A DNA stretch of 64,000 nt from Trypanosoma brucei. Taxonomy: Eukaryota. Location of the stretch: contig CM000208.1 in NCBI GenBank assembly GCA_000002445.1, forward strand, positions 3,584,001 through 3,648,000. Reading direction: 5' to 3'. Positions 62,642-64,000 of this stretch are shown one piece after another (within the stretch, counting starts at the first letter, position 1; each line of letters begins with the position of its first letter). The notes under the pieces are model-generated. The model did no database searches and was not told where the DNA came from. It saw only the letters and a list, made by a program, of their open reading frames with translations. A program made the translations under genes and the position numbers.

Positions 62642-64000
62642 AAAAAAAAAAGAAAATAATAATGTATCAATGCAACAAGTAGATGGGAAAGAGAGCGGTG
62701 ATGCGAAGTAATATCAAAAGAGAGATATAGGAAAGAAGGAGATGAGGGATTTGTGTATGTGTGTGTGTGTGTGTAGAGTACGAAATATTGTCAACCAGGG
62801 GATGAGGTTTTAGGAAGAGGTTAGGAATCACTGTTGCTGTTATTACTATTATCACCATTAATAGAATTATATGGGCGACCCGGTACGCAGTGGCTACTCT
62901 TGTGCAAAGAAAAAAAAATGCAAATTCAATCTCGTCAGTTCAAGGGAAGGAATAAACTCCCAGTTTATTGGCTGAAATAATTGAGTTGAGTGAGCAAGAA
63001 AAAAAAAAAGACAATGTGGGTGTTGAATAGGATATGACAGTACTAAAGTCGCAGTAGACAGCGCTGAATCCGACTGCTTCTCGATTTTATCCGCCTCCTT
63101 CTCCCTTTATGCTTTGGGTGAATCGACTCTTCAGTCTTCACACTCGGACTCAATCTTTTATTTCCTTCCTTCCCTCTCAACTCACCCCGCAGATGTGATG
63201 CAGCTTGAGTCTGCCTGTGTATTTGCATATCTCGCGAACTGTTTGTTTTTCTTTAAATTCACTAGGTGCCCTCTCACAGTTCTATCTATAACTATCACTT
63301 CAATTTTACGACTTGATCATGCAGAGTCGTTATTATTATTGTTATTATTATTGTATTTTCATTGCGTGGAGGCCACACCGAAACGTTCGTTGGAGCATGA
63401 AGTAACCGCAAAATGAGAAAGAAACCGAGAAAGAAAGCGGAAAGAATGAGAGACCCGGCATTTGAAGGACTTGAACCTTCAAAATATCCTACAGGAAGAG
63501 AAAGAATTGAGATGTATATAACTTTGTTTGCCTGTGTGAATGACATCCCTTGTACATCTATATAAAAGTCTACAACTATTTTCTGAGAGCTCCTTTCATT
63601 CCTTTTCTCTCGGTTCGGCCCCATTCCATTTTTCTGCCTGTGCAACTGTCCTGTTTTTTTTTTTTTTACGTGTGGACGGAAAGAAGGAATGTAATATGAA
63701 AGAGAGAGAGAGAGAGGAATGATAAGAGGGGTGTCACCGTCAACAACACAGTTTATCCCTTTGTGATGTGCTGCCAAGGACACGCTTGTCGTACACTTCA
63801 ATGATGTGTAGTAATATGAAGGTGGCGGACGAAGCAGAAGAGAAAGAAGTGAAAAGAAAGGAGTGGATTGTGTTTTGTGTTTGTATGTATGTGCCCTTCA
63901 TTGCAGGCTTTTTTTCTTCTACGCTCATTAACTGGATGACTGGTTTGTTTGAGAAGGTCTTTCAGCAGCTGTCCCTCTTATATATATATATATATGTATA

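Noticed and set aside
1-64000. CRISPR arrays, operons, prokaryotic promoters or terminators
   Set aside because: The sequence is eukaryotic (kinetoplastid-type gene structure and homologs). No direct-repeat/spacer architecture was found. The only regular repeats are microsatellites and the 1.2 kb gene array.

Overview
The window reads as a nuclear chromosome-internal segment of a kinetoplastid, most likely Trypanosoma. Every convincing gene lies on the + strand, consistent with a single polycistronic transcription unit. Genes are separated by pyrimidine-rich tracts upstream of each start codon and by microsatellite-rich intergenic DNA. No strand-switch region, rRNA, tRNA or mobile element could be supported. 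About 24 protein-coding genes are called. Those recognisable from sequence are: intraflagellar-transport proteins IFT52 and IFT80, lipoyl synthase, a DYRK-like kinase with a large insert, ribosomal protein S13, a Sec22-like longin R-SNARE, a TFIIS-type zinc-ribbon RNA-polymerase subunit, a Vps39/Vam6-like CNH protein, a DEAD-box-like protein with degenerate catalytic motifs, a NAP-family histone chaperone with a poly-Asp tail, a WASH-complex CCDC53/WASHC3-like protein, an EF-hand protein, an IQ-motif protein, and several large hypothetical proteins including a 1634-aa WD40/coiled-coil/PDZ protein. The most unusual structure is a three-copy tandem gene array with a ~1.2 kb period (32683-36140). 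It encodes a Cys-rich ~230-aa protein whose copies are near-identical except for two short divergent cassettes distributed in a mosaic pattern. Other points of interest are a ~9 kb gene-poor, strongly pyrimidine-skewed stretch (18.4-27.5 kb) and a recurring purine-rich block immediately after stop codons. Minus-strand ORFs in the six-frame track are judged spurious (antisense or low-complexity translations).
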